64,000 nucleotides of DNA from Nanobdellati archaeon (GCA_019429005.1 JAHYJR010000003.1:79924-143923), one strand, 5' to 3'; numbered from the stretch's first letter, positions 1 through 10,216 are shown. The notes: generated by a model from the letters alone, not told the origin. A program made the numbers and translations.

Positions 1-1
1 A

Positions 2-364
2 TACATTATCGAAGCAAAAGAACAATTTTACAAAAAAGACAACCTAAAACATATTATAAATAACCCAAACAATCAAGAATCTCGTGAAATAATAGTTAAA
101 AACATCAAAGGTATAGGATATAAAGAAGCAAGTCATTTTCTTAGAAACACAGGACACGGAAAATCAATTTCAATCCTTGACAGACACATATTAAAGAACC
201 TGAAAGCAAGTTATGTGATAGATGAAATACCCAAAACAATAACTAAAAAAAGATACATTGAAATTGAAAATAAAATGTTAGAATTTGCTGAATATATATC
301 AATACCAATTGAAGAATTAGATCTATTGTTCTGGTCAAAGGAAACAGGAATAATATTCAAATAG
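2..364 (+). CDS. ogg: 8-oxoguanine DNA glycosylase/AP lyase (Ogg2-type), 5' end outside window
   Basis: Hand translation of frame 2: KGIGYKEASHFLRNTG...ILDRHIL...ELDLLFWSKETGIIFK*, a helix-hairpin-helix glycosylase motif with the typical C-terminal Lys; not in ORF track. Confidence 0.9.
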   Translation, partial: YIIEAKEQFYKKDNLKHIINNPNNQESREIIVKNIKGIGYKEASHFLRNTGHGKSISILDRHILKNLKASYVIDEIPKTITKKRYIEIENKMLEFAEYISIPIEELDLLFWSKETGIIFK

Positions 365-995
365 ATTTTGAAAATTCACAAAAATAATTATCGTGAGACC
401 TTTTACTCAACCCACAAACAAGACCTGATTCAGAGATAACCCTATCAAGTTCCCCTTCTTTAAAAAGATGATAAAACCGTTCATAAACATTATTCCACAT
501 GACATTAACATCTTGTGATTTTTCATCCTTAAAACGCTCCTGTTCATACACCCATGCACTTACAAGACCACATCCATCAGATTTTAAAACAGTCTTTATT
601 TCTAACAAAGAATCAAGTCGTGCCTTATCACTTACCATATGATGAACTGCAGCAATAAAAAGCACATTATCAAATACATCAGACTTAAACGGAAGATTTA
701 ATGCATCACAACAAATTAAATTAATTGTCACATTTTCGCACTTAGCTTTCTCTTTTACAAGCTTTAAAAGAGCTAAAGAAATATCAACACCAACAACATA
801 AAGCCCTTTTTTTGCAGCATAAATAGAATTTCGGCCGTTACCACACGCAACATCTATTAATAACCCTTTATCCAAAACATTTATAAAATCAGAACAATCT
901 TTCCATATATAACCACGTGTAGCATCAAAATGCTCTGCGATAATATCATAAGTATCTTTAATATTATCACGTAATTGATTTTTAGATTGAACCAT
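357..995 (-). CDS. Class I SAM-dependent methyltransferase, Trm9/ALKBH8-like
   Basis: YDIIAEHFDATR..W N-terminus, DVACGNG motif I, IAAVHH, ERFYHLF. Confidence 0.8.
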   Translation of the reverse strand: MVQSKNQLRDNIKDTYDIIAEHFDATRGYIWKDCSDFINVLDKGLLIDVACGNGRNSIYAAKKGLYVVGVDISLALLKLVKEKAKCENVTINLICCDALNLPFKSDVFDNVLFIAAVHHMVSDKARLDSLLEIKTVLKSDGCGLVSAWVYEQERFKDEKSQDVNVMWNNVYERFYHLFKEGELDRVISESGLVCGLSKRSHDNYFCEFSKSI

Positions 996-1133
996 AATAC
1001 AGTTTTATACTAAATATCTTATTAAATCTACTCAAAAAACAAAAACCTTTTAAAGCTTTTAGACATATAATTTTACTAACAGATAAGAAACATAATCTTA
1101 TTCTATTAATTTTACACAATCAAGGGATTATAA

Positions 1134-1664
1134 ATGACACGATGTGAAATCTGCGGTAGTGCTGCAAAAATTAGAAAAGTAAATCTTGAAGGCGGGACTA
1201 TAGAAGCATGCTTTTACTGCGTACCACGTACAAAAGTTGAAAGCCGAACTAAATTCGTTAAACGAAAACAGTTTGAAAATACAATAAACCGACCAAGAAA
1301 GGCATTGATAGATAACTATGCATCTTTAATCAAGAGTGAAAGAGAGAAAAATAATCTCACTCAAAAAGAATTTGCTCATAAAGTCGAAGAACATGAATCA
1401 ATTATTGTAAAAATTGAACAAGGTACATTCAGACCAAATTTTGCAGTTGCTAGAAAAATTGAACAATTATTCAAAATAACTCTTGTTAAACAGCTTGAAG
1501 TCAAAAAAGAGTTCGTTAAAAGCAATTACAAAAAAGATAATTACAAACCTAAAAATAAACTGGACAATATAATACATACTGAAAACAAAAAAAGACCAGC
1601 ACATAGTATAGGTTGTACAATTGCAGATTATATTAAGATAAACAAAAAACAATCTAAATCTTAA
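1134..1664 (+). CDS. mbf1: Archaeal multiprotein bridging factor 1 (Zn ribbon + HTH)
   Basis: CEICG...CFYC zinc ribbon; LTQKEFA..IEQG.FRP HTH; TIADY tail. Confidence 0.85.
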   Translation: MTRCEICGSAAKIRKVNLEGGTIEACFYCVPRTKVESRTKFVKRKQFENTINRPRKALIDNYASLIKSEREKNNLTQKEFAHKVEEHESIIVKIEQGTFRPNFAVARKIEQLFKITLVKQLEVKKEFVKSNYKKDNYKPKNKLDNIIHTENKKRPAHSIGCTIADYIKINKKQSKS

Positions 1665-2112
1665 TTTTATCTATTATAATATGCGATAAATAGCCCACAA
1701 AACCAAATAAACCAGGGCTTATATTTCTATTTAATATAAAAGCTATAGCAGATAATACAATCAAAAAAATAATGCTAGATGTAAACGTATGTGTAATACC
1801 TCTATGTTTTGGTTTTAAAAACAAAATTATTTTATCTGCTGACAAAAACCATACAAATAACATAAACAGCATAAGAGGGACATCATTTACAAGTGATACG
1901 ATAATATAAATTGAAAATAATATTATTATTAAATCCCTTAACGTTTTAAACGCTTTTGAATTCTTATGATCTATATCCGGAAACAAACTTCCAATAAAAA
2001 GACATAATGCTGATAAGAAAAGAATCCCTTTATTTGCTATTGGAAAAATCGCATATAAAGCAATAAAAAACAAAAATCCAAACAATAGATGTGTCTTATA
2101 ATTAGGCATCAA
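1654..2112 (-). CDS. Membrane-bound metal-dependent hydrolase (YdjM-like)
   Basis: TH, GSLFPDID, HRGITHT, SHIIID motifs with TM helices. Confidence 0.8.
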   Translation of the reverse strand: MMPNYKTHLLFGFLFFIALYAIFPIANKGILFLSALCLFIGSLFPDIDHKNSKAFKTLRDLIIILFSIYIIVSLVNDVPLMLFMLFVWFLSADKIILFLKPKHRGITHTFTSSIIFLIVLSAIAFILNRNISPGLFGFVGYLSHIIIDKIKI

Positions 2113-2115
2113 AAA

Positions 2116-2298
2116 TCAACTGAAATATCCTGTAGCATGATTCTCTTTTCCACATTTTGGACAAACATAATCAAAAGTATATTTAATCTGACTTATCATT
2201 GAACCATCAACAACAAATATTTTTTCCATCTTTGGATTATCTAATCTAAATGTATTTCCGCATTTACATTTAATATACATCTGATTTTCAACACTCAT
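2116..2298 (-). CDS. Small zinc-ribbon protein
   Basis: CKCG ... CPKCG; start taken at MSVEN. Confidence 0.6.
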   Translation of the reverse strand: MSVENQMYIKCKCGNTFRLDNPKMEKIFVVDGSMISQIKYTFDYVCPKCGKENHATGYFS

Positions 2299-2344
2299 AA
2301 TAATCAATTAGTTTTTATTATATATATATATAGTATAGAAGAAA

Positions 2345-2359
2345 GCGGGCATAACCCGC
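2345..2359 (-). terminator. GC stem-loop flanked by T-rich runs, downstream of micro-ORF cluster
   Basis: Minus strand ttttttt-GCGGG-ttatg-CCCGC-tttcttc. Confidence 0.5.
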
Positions 2360-2381
2360 AAAAAAATATGAAAAAATGACT

Positions 2382-2489
2382 TTAATAAAGCCATTTCATT
2401 GCTCTTGAACCAGTATAAACTTTATTTTTTTTATGCTGTTTCAAAAGCTGTGTCCACATTAAAGTTGGTTCTTCTGTATTTATCACCAT
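2382..2489 (-). CDS. Small ORF, 35 aa (MVINTEEPTLMWTQLLKQHKKNKVYTGSRAMKWLY)
   Basis: AGGTGA SD 5 nt before ATG, overlapping the stop of the upstream ORF; below ORF-track size cut-off. Confidence 0.5.
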   Translation of the reverse strand: MVINTEEPTLMWTQLLKQHKKNKVYTGSRAMKWLY

Positions 2490-2494
2490 ACATA

Positions 2495-2740
2495 TCACCT
2501 CGAGATTAATTGTGTTATATATTCCTGTGCATATTGCTCTTTTCGATAAGTTCCAAATGCGTAAGGAAATAATTTTTCAAGCTCATCAATACGCAACCGT
2601 ACTTTAGTTTTAATATTATGCCATTTTTTCTGATCATCCATATTCATATCCCTAAATTCTTGTAACAAAATGCCTTTTGTAGAAAATCCTTCATTTCTTA
2701 ATTCATTTTTAATCATAGCCAATTCAATAGATGTTCTCAT
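2495..2740 (-). CDS. Hypothetical protein, 81 aa
   Basis: ORF track frame; start moved to MRTSIEL, preceded by a GGGGG SD-like run and 2 nt after the upstream stop. Confidence 0.6.
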   Translation of the reverse strand: MRTSIELAMIKNELRNEGFSTKGILLQEFRDMNMDDQKKWHNIKTKVRLRIDELEKLFPYAFGTYRKEQYAQEYITQLISR

Positions 2741-2742
2741 AC

Positions 2743-2877
2743 TTAAAACCCCCATTTTTGTTTCATATGCATCTCATATCTTTTCTTTTTAAAATAAGGT
2801 ACAGAGCTCCATGCGGACTCAAACCCGATTCCATATTTGGAATTCATCAATATCATCTGATCATCACTTAATTGCAT
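2743..2877 (-). CDS. Small ORF, 44 aa (MQLSDDQMILMNSKYGIGFESAWSSVPYFKKKRYEMHMKQKWGF)
   Basis: GAGGGGA SD-like motif just before ATG; stop 2 nt from next ATG. Confidence 0.5.
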   Translation of the reverse strand: MQLSDDQMILMNSKYGIGFESAWSSVPYFKKKRYEMHMKQKWGF

Positions 2878-3188
2878 ATATATCCCCTCTTAAACGAAAA
2901 AAGGTGTATTGGTTCTTTTTATGGTATAAATCCCAAAGACCAAAAGCACCTGTTATCATACCACCTGGATTGGTAGGTAAAATTAGATTAACATTCTGGA
3001 TATATACCCCTTCTGGATACAAATACTACCGGTTGGGCCGGTTAAGAATTAATTACAAAATCAAAAAAAAATCACCAGATAACACATTTTCAGATTTAAA
3101 CGGTTATTAATCAAATTTAAAGATAAAAATAAAATTATCTAATCACAATATGTCAAGATATTTAAACATTAATTCTAAAAAATACATT

Positions 3189-3917
3189 ATGACTGCAGAA
3201 AACATAATCTTTTACAGTATACTTGCTGCTGTGATTACAATAGGTTCGGCAGGAATATTCCTAAAATATAAAAAATGGACACAAAATAATCTTATATTTC
3301 TTATTTCGTTTGCTTCCGGTTTTCTCCTTTCTGCCGCATTCATACATCTTATTCCTGAAGCAATTGAACTTTCAGGAAATAACGCAATGCTTTTACTTTT
3401 AATTGGTTTTTCACTCATATATGTTCTTGAAAAAACAATCATAATACATTCCTGTGCTGAAGCAAGTGAAGAACACTGTGAAGTACATAGCATGAGTAAA
3501 GGTGCAATAATTGGATTATCTATCCATTCCATATTTGATGGTATTGCAATCGGTGCTGGCTTTGAAATTAGCCAAACTATAGGACTTATTGCTGCAATAG
3601 GTGTTATCATACATAAACTTCCAGAAGGCCTATCAATTATGAGCATCATGCTTGCCGCAAAATATGATGATAAGAAAGCGATGACAAATGTAATAGGAAT
3701 TGCACTTTGCACACCACTAGGTGCTATTCTCGCATATTTATTCTTACAAAATGTATCTCAAATATTTATAGGTTACGCACTTGCATTTTCAGCTGGAACA
3801 TTCATCTATATCGCGGCATCAGACCTAATCCCACAAACCCATGAATACAAAAGTATCAATACACTTTTGATGTTTGGATTAGGAATTATTGTTTTATGGG
3901 CAATTGTTGGGATTTAA
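3189..3917 (+). CDS. ZIP family metal transporter (ZupT-like)
   Basis: HLIPEA, His-rich loop, HSIFDG, HKLPEG, AGTFIYIA.DLIP. Confidence 0.92.
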   Translation: MTAENIIFYSILAAVITIGSAGIFLKYKKWTQNNLIFLISFASGFLLSAAFIHLIPEAIELSGNNAMLLLLIGFSLIYVLEKTIIIHSCAEASEEHCEVHSMSKGAIIGLSIHSIFDGIAIGAGFEISQTIGLIAAIGVIIHKLPEGLSIMSIMLAAKYDDKKAMTNVIGIALCTPLGAILAYLFLQNVSQIFIGYALAFSAGTFIYIAASDLIPQTHEYKSINTLLMFGLGIIVLWAIVGI

Positions 3918-4018
3918 GATAATTAAATCTAAAAATACAAACCTAAAAAACAAAATTTAATAATTCTTTAAAACATATACCCAAACAGACTTATAAAGAA
4001 CCGTATAAATACAATACT

Positions 4019-5191
4019 ATGTTTGATTTCATATTACCAAATTATCATGATGGAAGTATTATCAATTTGATGAGCTCAATCTCAAATAATTTTGAACAGA
4101 AACATGAATACAAAGAACTACCTTCACTGACATCTGAAGAATTAAAGAGATCTCATAATGTCATATTGCTTGTGATTGATGGTCTTGGTTATGAATTTCT
4201 TAAAAAACAAAAAGAATCATACCTATTCGAAAATCTTAGAACTAATATTACTTCAACATTCATATCAACAACAGCTTGTGCCAACACAGCATTTAATGTA
4301 GGTTATCCGCCGCAACAACACGGATTAACTGGTTGGGATATCAACTTAAAAGAGGTTGGTTCAATAACAACAATTTTGCCTTTTGTACCTTTATTTGGTA
4401 AAGAGTCTTTAGATAAATCCAATTTTAAAATGGAAGATATCATAGATATGCCGTCATTTCATAAGAATTTTAATGCTAAATGTTTTGCATTAATCAATAA
4501 AAAACTAGCATCAAGCCAATTTACAAAAAATACATATAAAGACATGAAAATAATTCCAACAGCATCATACACAGATACATTTACAAAATTAAAAAAAATA
4601 ATTAATACAAAATCAAACAAACGAAAATTTGTTCATGCATACATAAACGATTTTGATTCTTATTCACATAATTACGGAATAAATAGCAGAACTGTTAAAG
4701 AACTATTTTTAGATTTAGATAAAAAAATCAAAACATTTTCAAAACAAATTAAAGACACAAATACAAAACTAATTATTGTTGCCGACCATGGATTAATAGA
4801 TGTCGAGATAGATAAACAAATTTGGGTTGAAAACATAGAAGGTTTAAGTGAATGTTTAACAATACCTCTTACAGGCGAATCCCGTCTTAGATATTGTTTT
4901 GTACGCCCACATAAAGTAAAAGATTTTGAAAGGATTATGAAAACAAAACTTTCTAAATATTGTTGGTGTTACAAGGGCGAAGAATTAATTAAACAAAATT
5001 TATATGGACTTGGAAAACCAAATAAAAAAATATTTGACCGTGTTGGAGATTATGTTTTAATCATGAAAGATAATTATCTCTTAAACGATAAATTAGCCAA
5101 CTTCGAAAAACCAAAAAGATCTCTGAAATCACACCACGGTGGAGTCAGTCCCGACGAAATGCTTGTACCTTTAATTGTTTTAGATTGTTAA
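4019..5191 (+). CDS. Alkaline phosphatase superfamily / nucleotide pyrophosphatase
   Basis: IDGLG, STT, D..SH..G, ADHG, HHGG..EM.VP. Confidence 0.88.
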   Translation: MFDFILPNYHDGSIINLMSSISNNFEQKHEYKELPSLTSEELKRSHNVILLVIDGLGYEFLKKQKESYLFENLRTNITSTFISTTACANTAFNVGYPPQQHGLTGWDINLKEVGSITTILPFVPLFGKESLDKSNFKMEDIIDMPSFHKNFNAKCFALINKKLASSQFTKNTYKDMKIIPTASYTDTFTKLKKIINTKSNKRKFVHAYINDFDSYSHNYGINSRTVKELFLDLDKKIKTFSKQIKDTNTKLIIVADHGLIDVEIDKQIWVENIEGLSECLTIPLTGESRLRYCFVRPHKVKDFERIMKTKLSKYCWCYKGEELIKQNLYGLGKPNKKIFDRVGDYVLIMKDNYLLNDKLANFEKPKRSLKSHHGGVSPDEMLVPLIVLDC

Positions 5192-5323
5192 TATTTTATA
5201 TTTTTGAGATTAATAACTATTCAAAAATTAAATAAATACATAATATTAAATAAAAACAAAATATTCTTGAAAATTAAATCATATACCAAATATTTAATAA
5301 ATCCCATACACAAATTTAAAAAT

Positions 5324-5494
5324 ATGGATAATTTGAAACCAGGACAAATTATCGATATGAACGGCGAAGAAAACAGCTCTCTTTTTTATAAATTATTAAA
5401 AGATGTTATTAATCAGACTAATTTTGATGAGATACAGACAAAAGTAAATAATTATCTTAAAAAATATGAAGATGATTCAACACCAAATTCTTGA
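5324..5494 (+). CDS. Small hypothetical protein
   Basis: ATG-started 56-aa portion of the track ORF, preceded by a TATA-like tttaataa. Confidence 0.4.
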   Translation: MDNLKPGQIIDMNGEENSSLFYKLLKDVINQTNFDEIQTKVNNYLKKYEDDSTPNS

Positions 5495-5643
5495 GGTTCT
5501 AAATTATAAAGAATAAATATTTAATTCAAACAATATCTCATTTTAGATTCACTTTTCCTTAAATAAATAGAACTCAGATAAACCAAACAATTTATAAAGA
5601 AATATAGATATAATGAATATTCCACAAAAAATAAGTGATATCA

Positions 5644-6177
5644 ATGGTAAAAATAAAAGGACATGAAATTAATCCGGTACTTACTAAAGTAGCATTTAAT
5701 CGTAAAGCTTTACAATTCAAGAATGATCTAATTTCAATCTTAAAAGAAATTGGTGTTGATGAGTACGACATAAAAATACCTCTAGAAGCAATCGCAATAA
5801 AAAATGTAAAAGCATCTGCAACTTGGTATGTTGATAACCATAGAATGCATTATAGTTATAATTTACAAAATAAATTTGTAGATAACCTATATGTTGTATT
5901 GAAAGTTATACAACTTGAAACAAAACAGGTTCTTTCTAAAGAAAAAACAATTAACGAATTTGTTTCAGCATTCAAAGAAGACAAAGATGTTGATAAAAAA
6001 CGAATCGAAGCAAGGAAACATCTAGGCCTCGAACATGATGAAACTGATTTTAACGTAATAAATAAAAAATACAAAGACATGGCAAGAGTATTACATCCAG
6101 ATATGCCAACAGGAGATATCGAAAAATTCAAAGATTTAAATGAAGCACATAAAACTCTGAAACGTGAATTAAGTTAA
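5644..6177 (+). CDS. Protein with C-terminal J domain
   Basis: KKYKDMARVLHPD...FKDLNEAH; AGTGA SD before ATG. Confidence 0.85.
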   Translation: MVKIKGHEINPVLTKVAFNRKALQFKNDLISILKEIGVDEYDIKIPLEAIAIKNVKASATWYVDNHRMHYSYNLQNKFVDNLYVVLKVIQLETKQVLSKEKTINEFVSAFKEDKDVDKKRIEARKHLGLEHDETDFNVINKKYKDMARVLHPDMPTGDIEKFKDLNEAHKTLKRELS

Positions 6178-6396
6178 AAACGTCTTTTCATTAATAGAAT
6201 ATAACAACCAATAATGAAAAGTCTTAATTTTTGGAATACATAAAACATAATTTTTGAAAGTATCCAAAATGGTATACAACCAAAGAGAATATCTTATAAA
6301 TTAAATATAACTTTTTTTGAAAAAATATAAAACATATGATACAAATAGTATCGGAAGTGATTCTTAGGGAACAACAAAAAAATAAAAGAAAATAAA

Positions 6397-6759
6397 ATGA
6401 ATGCAATTTATACAGCGTCAGATATAAATCTAAAAGATATAAAAGAACTTTTTAATTATAATATAATATCTTTTAAAAGAACAACAATCATATATAAAAT
6501 AGTCGAAAACAGCTACCTATTTATCTATAAATTAGGTTCTGTTATATTTTACAATGTAGATAAAAACACACAAGAGATGATAATTAAAAAAATTAAATCA
6601 AAAATAGATACAAAAAATATTATTGATACATATTTCTATGAGACCTATAACCTATATGAAGATAAATCCTTAAAATCAAATCATATAATAGAATTCAATA
6701 GCACAAATCTTAAGAACATAAACTTTGAAAATATCAATATATTAAGCATGATTCTTGCA
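6397..6759 (+). pseudogene. RMD1/YagE-like protein, N-terminal fragment
   Basis: AIYTASDINL, YLFIYKLGSVIFYN, ILSMILA, after which the frame runs into antisense uL14 sequence. Confidence 0.55.
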
Positions 6760-7058
6760 ATTTTATCAACAGCAAGGAATCTTTCAACAACTTCTTTAGC
6801 AACAATACCTTTGATTTCTTTACCCCTTGGTTCAAGTGTATCTTGTAATAATATAGCTGTATTTTCTGCAAATTTTATCCTGATTCCATTAGATCTTCTA
6901 TATTCTGCTCTTTGAGTAACTATAACAGCTTTAACAATTTCATATGCAATTTTTTGGTTTCCTTTTTTTACAGCACAGACTACAACATCACCAACACCTG
7001 CTTTAGGTTGTCTTCCACGTACACCTCTATAACCTCTAACAGATATGATTTCTAGCAT
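6745..7058 (-). pseudogene. rpl14: Archaeal ribosomal protein uL14 fragment lacking N-terminus and own stop
   Basis: LEIISVRGYRGVRGRQPKAGVGD...AVIVTQRAEYRRSNGIRIKFAENTA..RGKEIKGIVAKEVVERF; no ADNSGA N-terminal segment; no neighbouring r-protein genes. Confidence 0.85.
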
Positions 7059-7748
7059 TCCATCAGGAAATTTTGGAGATATGATGGGGACAATATTAAC
7101 AAAAGAAATGGGATTACCTATTAAAAAAATCATTTGTGGCGTGAATGAGAATACAGAATTTCCACATTTCATAAACACGGAAAAATATGTTGTTTCACAG
7201 TCAAAAAATACACCTTCATCTGCAATGGATGTTTCACACCCAAGTAATTTGGCAAGATTAATTGAATTTTATGGTGGCTATATGTTTGATGAGAAAGATC
7301 CACAAACAAATAATATTATAAAACAAGAAATAATTGATAAAATGCCAAATTTAGAAACAATGAAAAAAGATATATATTCAATTGGAATTACAAATCCTAA
7401 ACATTATGAAACCATGAAAAAAGTATTTTATAAATACAACATAATCCTAGATTCTCATGGTGCTGTCGGATGGGACGCTCTTGAATATTACTTAGAAAAT
7501 AAACATAACCAACTTTCAATAATTTATGAGACACAAAACCCTGAAAATTTCCAAACGCTGTTAAAAAAGCAATTGGAATCACACCAGAAATCCCTAATAG
7601 GATGAAAGAACAAACAAAATCAAATGAAATATTTAATTCAATCCATAGCAGTCCATATAAGACTGAACAGGGTTTAAAATTAAGTAATTCTCAAATAACT
7701 AAAGCTAAATCAAAGATTAAAGATTTGTTTATAACAGTAATTATTTGA
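7051..7748 (+). pseudogene. thrC: Threonine synthase C-terminal half, frameshifted
   Basis: SIPSGNFGD, MGLPIKK, AMDVSHPSN, DSHGAVG; frameshift near 7545 continues as KFPNAVKKAIGITPEIP; PLP-lysine half absent. Confidence 0.8.
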
Positions 7749-7970
7749 GAAACAACTGATTTAATCTTTCCAGAATATATTAAAAGAATTCGTTAATTTT
7801 TATCAACAATTGCAACAGTTATTGGTTTTATAGAACCCTAAGCAATTAATTGTCTCATTATTTTTTTATTTGGATAAATCATAATAATAATTAACTTCAA
7901 TCATTAAAATAGTCTAAGTTTATAACCCAATTATCAAAAAAATATATACTTTAAACGTTAATATAAAATT

Positions 7971-8420
7971 ATGAAGATTAATTTTATTTATTCACAAGTC
8001 TATTTTAGAAGTCTCAATCAACACAAGTCTGTAAAAAGAACATGGGATGAAGTCAAAAAAATAGGTACACAATTTGAAATAAAATATAAAACTGAAATAA
8101 ATAAAATTATTGATATAATCCCAAAAGTCACAAAGAAACCTTGGAGAAAAGAAAATACAGACATATATATTATCGATTGGGTCGGTCCTAGTTTTTCTCA
8201 CCCCCTCACATTAAAAGTTAGAAATGACTTACTCCTTATGCTTGTAATATTAACTCATGAACTGTTACATGACTTTTACTTAAATGAAAAAGACATAGAA
8301 CACATCGAGGAAACAATCAACAAAAATGTTGAAAATGTATTTAAAGAATTAAATATTGATGTTAAAGAACAACTACATATTCTACAAAGTTTTCACGAGA
8401 AACGATTTGGAAAAAAATGA
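7971..8420 (+). CDS. Hypothetical protein with zincin HExxH motif
   Basis: ILTHELLH followed by downstream Glu. Confidence 0.6.
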   Translation: MKINFIYSQVYFRSLNQHKSVKRTWDEVKKIGTQFEIKYKTEINKIIDIIPKVTKKPWRKENTDIYIIDWVGPSFSHPLTLKVRNDLLLMLVILTHELLHDFYLNEKDIEHIEETINKNVENVFKELNIDVKEQLHILQSFHEKRFGKK

Positions 8421-8505
8421 AAAAAATAACTGATCTGATTCATAAACAACCAAATCAAACCAGATTCAAAATAAAAAATCTCTAACTATTCTCAGTCTTC
8501 CCAAC

Positions 8506-9939
8506 CTATTTGATTTCCTTTTCCTTACCTGAAAAAAACGTAATTGCCTCAGCAAGTTCAGGATGTTTTTTTGAATATTTAACAAGTTCAATACCCTTAA
8601 GATACGCATCACATGCTTGAACTAACGCACGAGCTCCAGCCTTTGTACCACTCGGATGTGCATGACACCCAGCACCCATGGTAGTTATAAAATCTACACC
8701 GCCAATTGCATCAATAAATGGTTTTAATAGTACGGGATTAAGACCGCCTGATACAATAGGACAACATTTTTTCAAACCTCTCCAACTATCATCAGATAAT
8801 ATAACATGGTGTGCAACATCTTCATGAACAAGTCTCAAAACATCTTCATCATTTTCAGGAACGTTTGCCCAGGACTGACTAAAGAAATGCCCTTGTGCTG
8901 ATAGATTCAATATATTATGTGCTGCAGTAATATCCTCTTTTTTATCACCCTTCATCTTTCCGATACCAGCCGTACCTGTATGAATTCCTGATGCACCAGC
9001 CAAACGCGCAAACTTAGACAAGACTAAAACTGAAAAACCGAATGGGCTTTCAGGCCGTGTAAATGCACCATGGGCAGCTCTATGGAAATGCAAAAACACA
9101 CCAGGATACCGTCTCCTTAAAGTCTGCACAGCCATCCAACCTGCAGTAATACCATCAATCAAAAAAGCATAACTTCCAGATTCAAAACCAGCATTACGAA
9201 TCAATTCACAACGCTCAATCATTGTATCAAAATCGGATGCAGATACATTAAAAGAATGCACTTTTTTCCGCCCAGTCTCTTTTACAGCCTTATCCATAGC
9301 TTCCTTAACATGCCGGACCATCTTATCATAAGGACAAAAATCTTGATTTGCTTGAGGTTCATCATTTTTTACAAAATCGCCACCACCAACCCAGAAATCA
9401 TAGCAGACTTCTGCATATTCGGCTGATGTAAGCCCCATCTTAGGTTTTACAATAGTCCCTAATATTGGTCTATCATATACATCAAGATATTTTCGCATAT
9501 CATCAATAGTATAACTAGGACCATCATATTGTTCAAGCATAGCTGGAGGGAACCAAAGGTCAAGTAACTTAAGAGCATCAACCTGTTTCATTCCAAGAAC
9601 ATTACCAACAACATATGTCAATATGTTCTGAATATTACCCATACGATCAAAAAGTCTCCATGGATATGCAATCCACACAAGATTTTGTTTCAAGTCAACC
9701 TTATAGACAAGTGCATTCATCTCCCTTGAAAAAGGAGTTTCAGTAGTAACTTTAAAATTGGTTCCAGTTGATGACTCTGCCGCGATTTCAGCAGCAGCTT
9801 GAAGCGTATTTAAACCATCACCAGGAATAAAATGAAAAACACATAAAAGATATTCTCCATTACGTGGATTAGATAAATCCAGATTAACATAAGCCGCTTG
9901 TTTTGAGTTCAATGATTTCAAATATTTCTTCAATGTCAT
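8506..9939 (-). CDS. rbcL: RuBisCO large subunit, form II/III
   Basis: GTIVKPKMG, DFVKNDE, HFHRAAHG, HTGTAGIGKM, SGG; ~30-aa insertion before CCPIVSGG typical of form II/III; GGTG SD before MTLKK. Confidence 0.95.
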   Translation of the reverse strand: MTLKKYLKSLNSKQAAYVNLDLSNPRNGEYLLCVFHFIPGDGLNTLQAAAEIAAESSTGTNFKVTTETPFSREMNALVYKVDLKQNLVWIAYPWRLFDRMGNIQNILTYVVGNVLGMKQVDALKLLDLWFPPAMLEQYDGPSYTIDDMRKYLDVYDRPILGTIVKPKMGLTSAEYAEVCYDFWVGGGDFVKNDEPQANQDFCPYDKMVRHVKEAMDKAVKETGRKKVHSFNVSASDFDTMIERCELIRNAGFESGSYAFLIDGITAGWMAVQTLRRRYPGVFLHFHRAAHGAFTRPESPFGFSVLVLSKFARLAGASGIHTGTAGIGKMKGDKKEDITAAHNILNLSAQGHFFSQSWANVPENDEDVLRLVHEDVAHHVILSDDSWRGLKKCCPIVSGGLNPVLLKPFIDAIGGVDFITTMGAGCHAHPSGTKAGARALVQACDAYLKGIELVKYSKKHPELAEAITFFSGKEKEIK

Positions 9940-10216
9940 TTTAAAGCACCATTTCAAGTTTTAAAAATATCATAATAATATTATGATTTATACAAATAAA
10001 TGTTATTAACAATAACACAAATTAAACATAATACATAATATTCAATTAATTTAGACAGATATAAATATATTCATACTAGCTTATCAAAAAGATATACAAA
10101 CATAAATTGCTTTTAAAAAACACAATAAAATGTAAAAATTAAATTAAAATTTAAATAGATTTTAAACTAAATAATTACTCTAAATATATTTAAAACTAAG
10201 ATTATATATATGAAAA

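Noticed and set aside
2811-3110. 99-aa + strand ORF
   Set aside because: No SD, atypical composition, overlaps minus-strand micro-ORF and hairpins; probably a shadow ORF, though not excluded
6681-7178. Functional 165-aa uL14 gene from the ORF track
   Set aside because: Its N- and C-termini are antisense thrC and RMD1 sequence; the conserved uL14 N-terminus is missing
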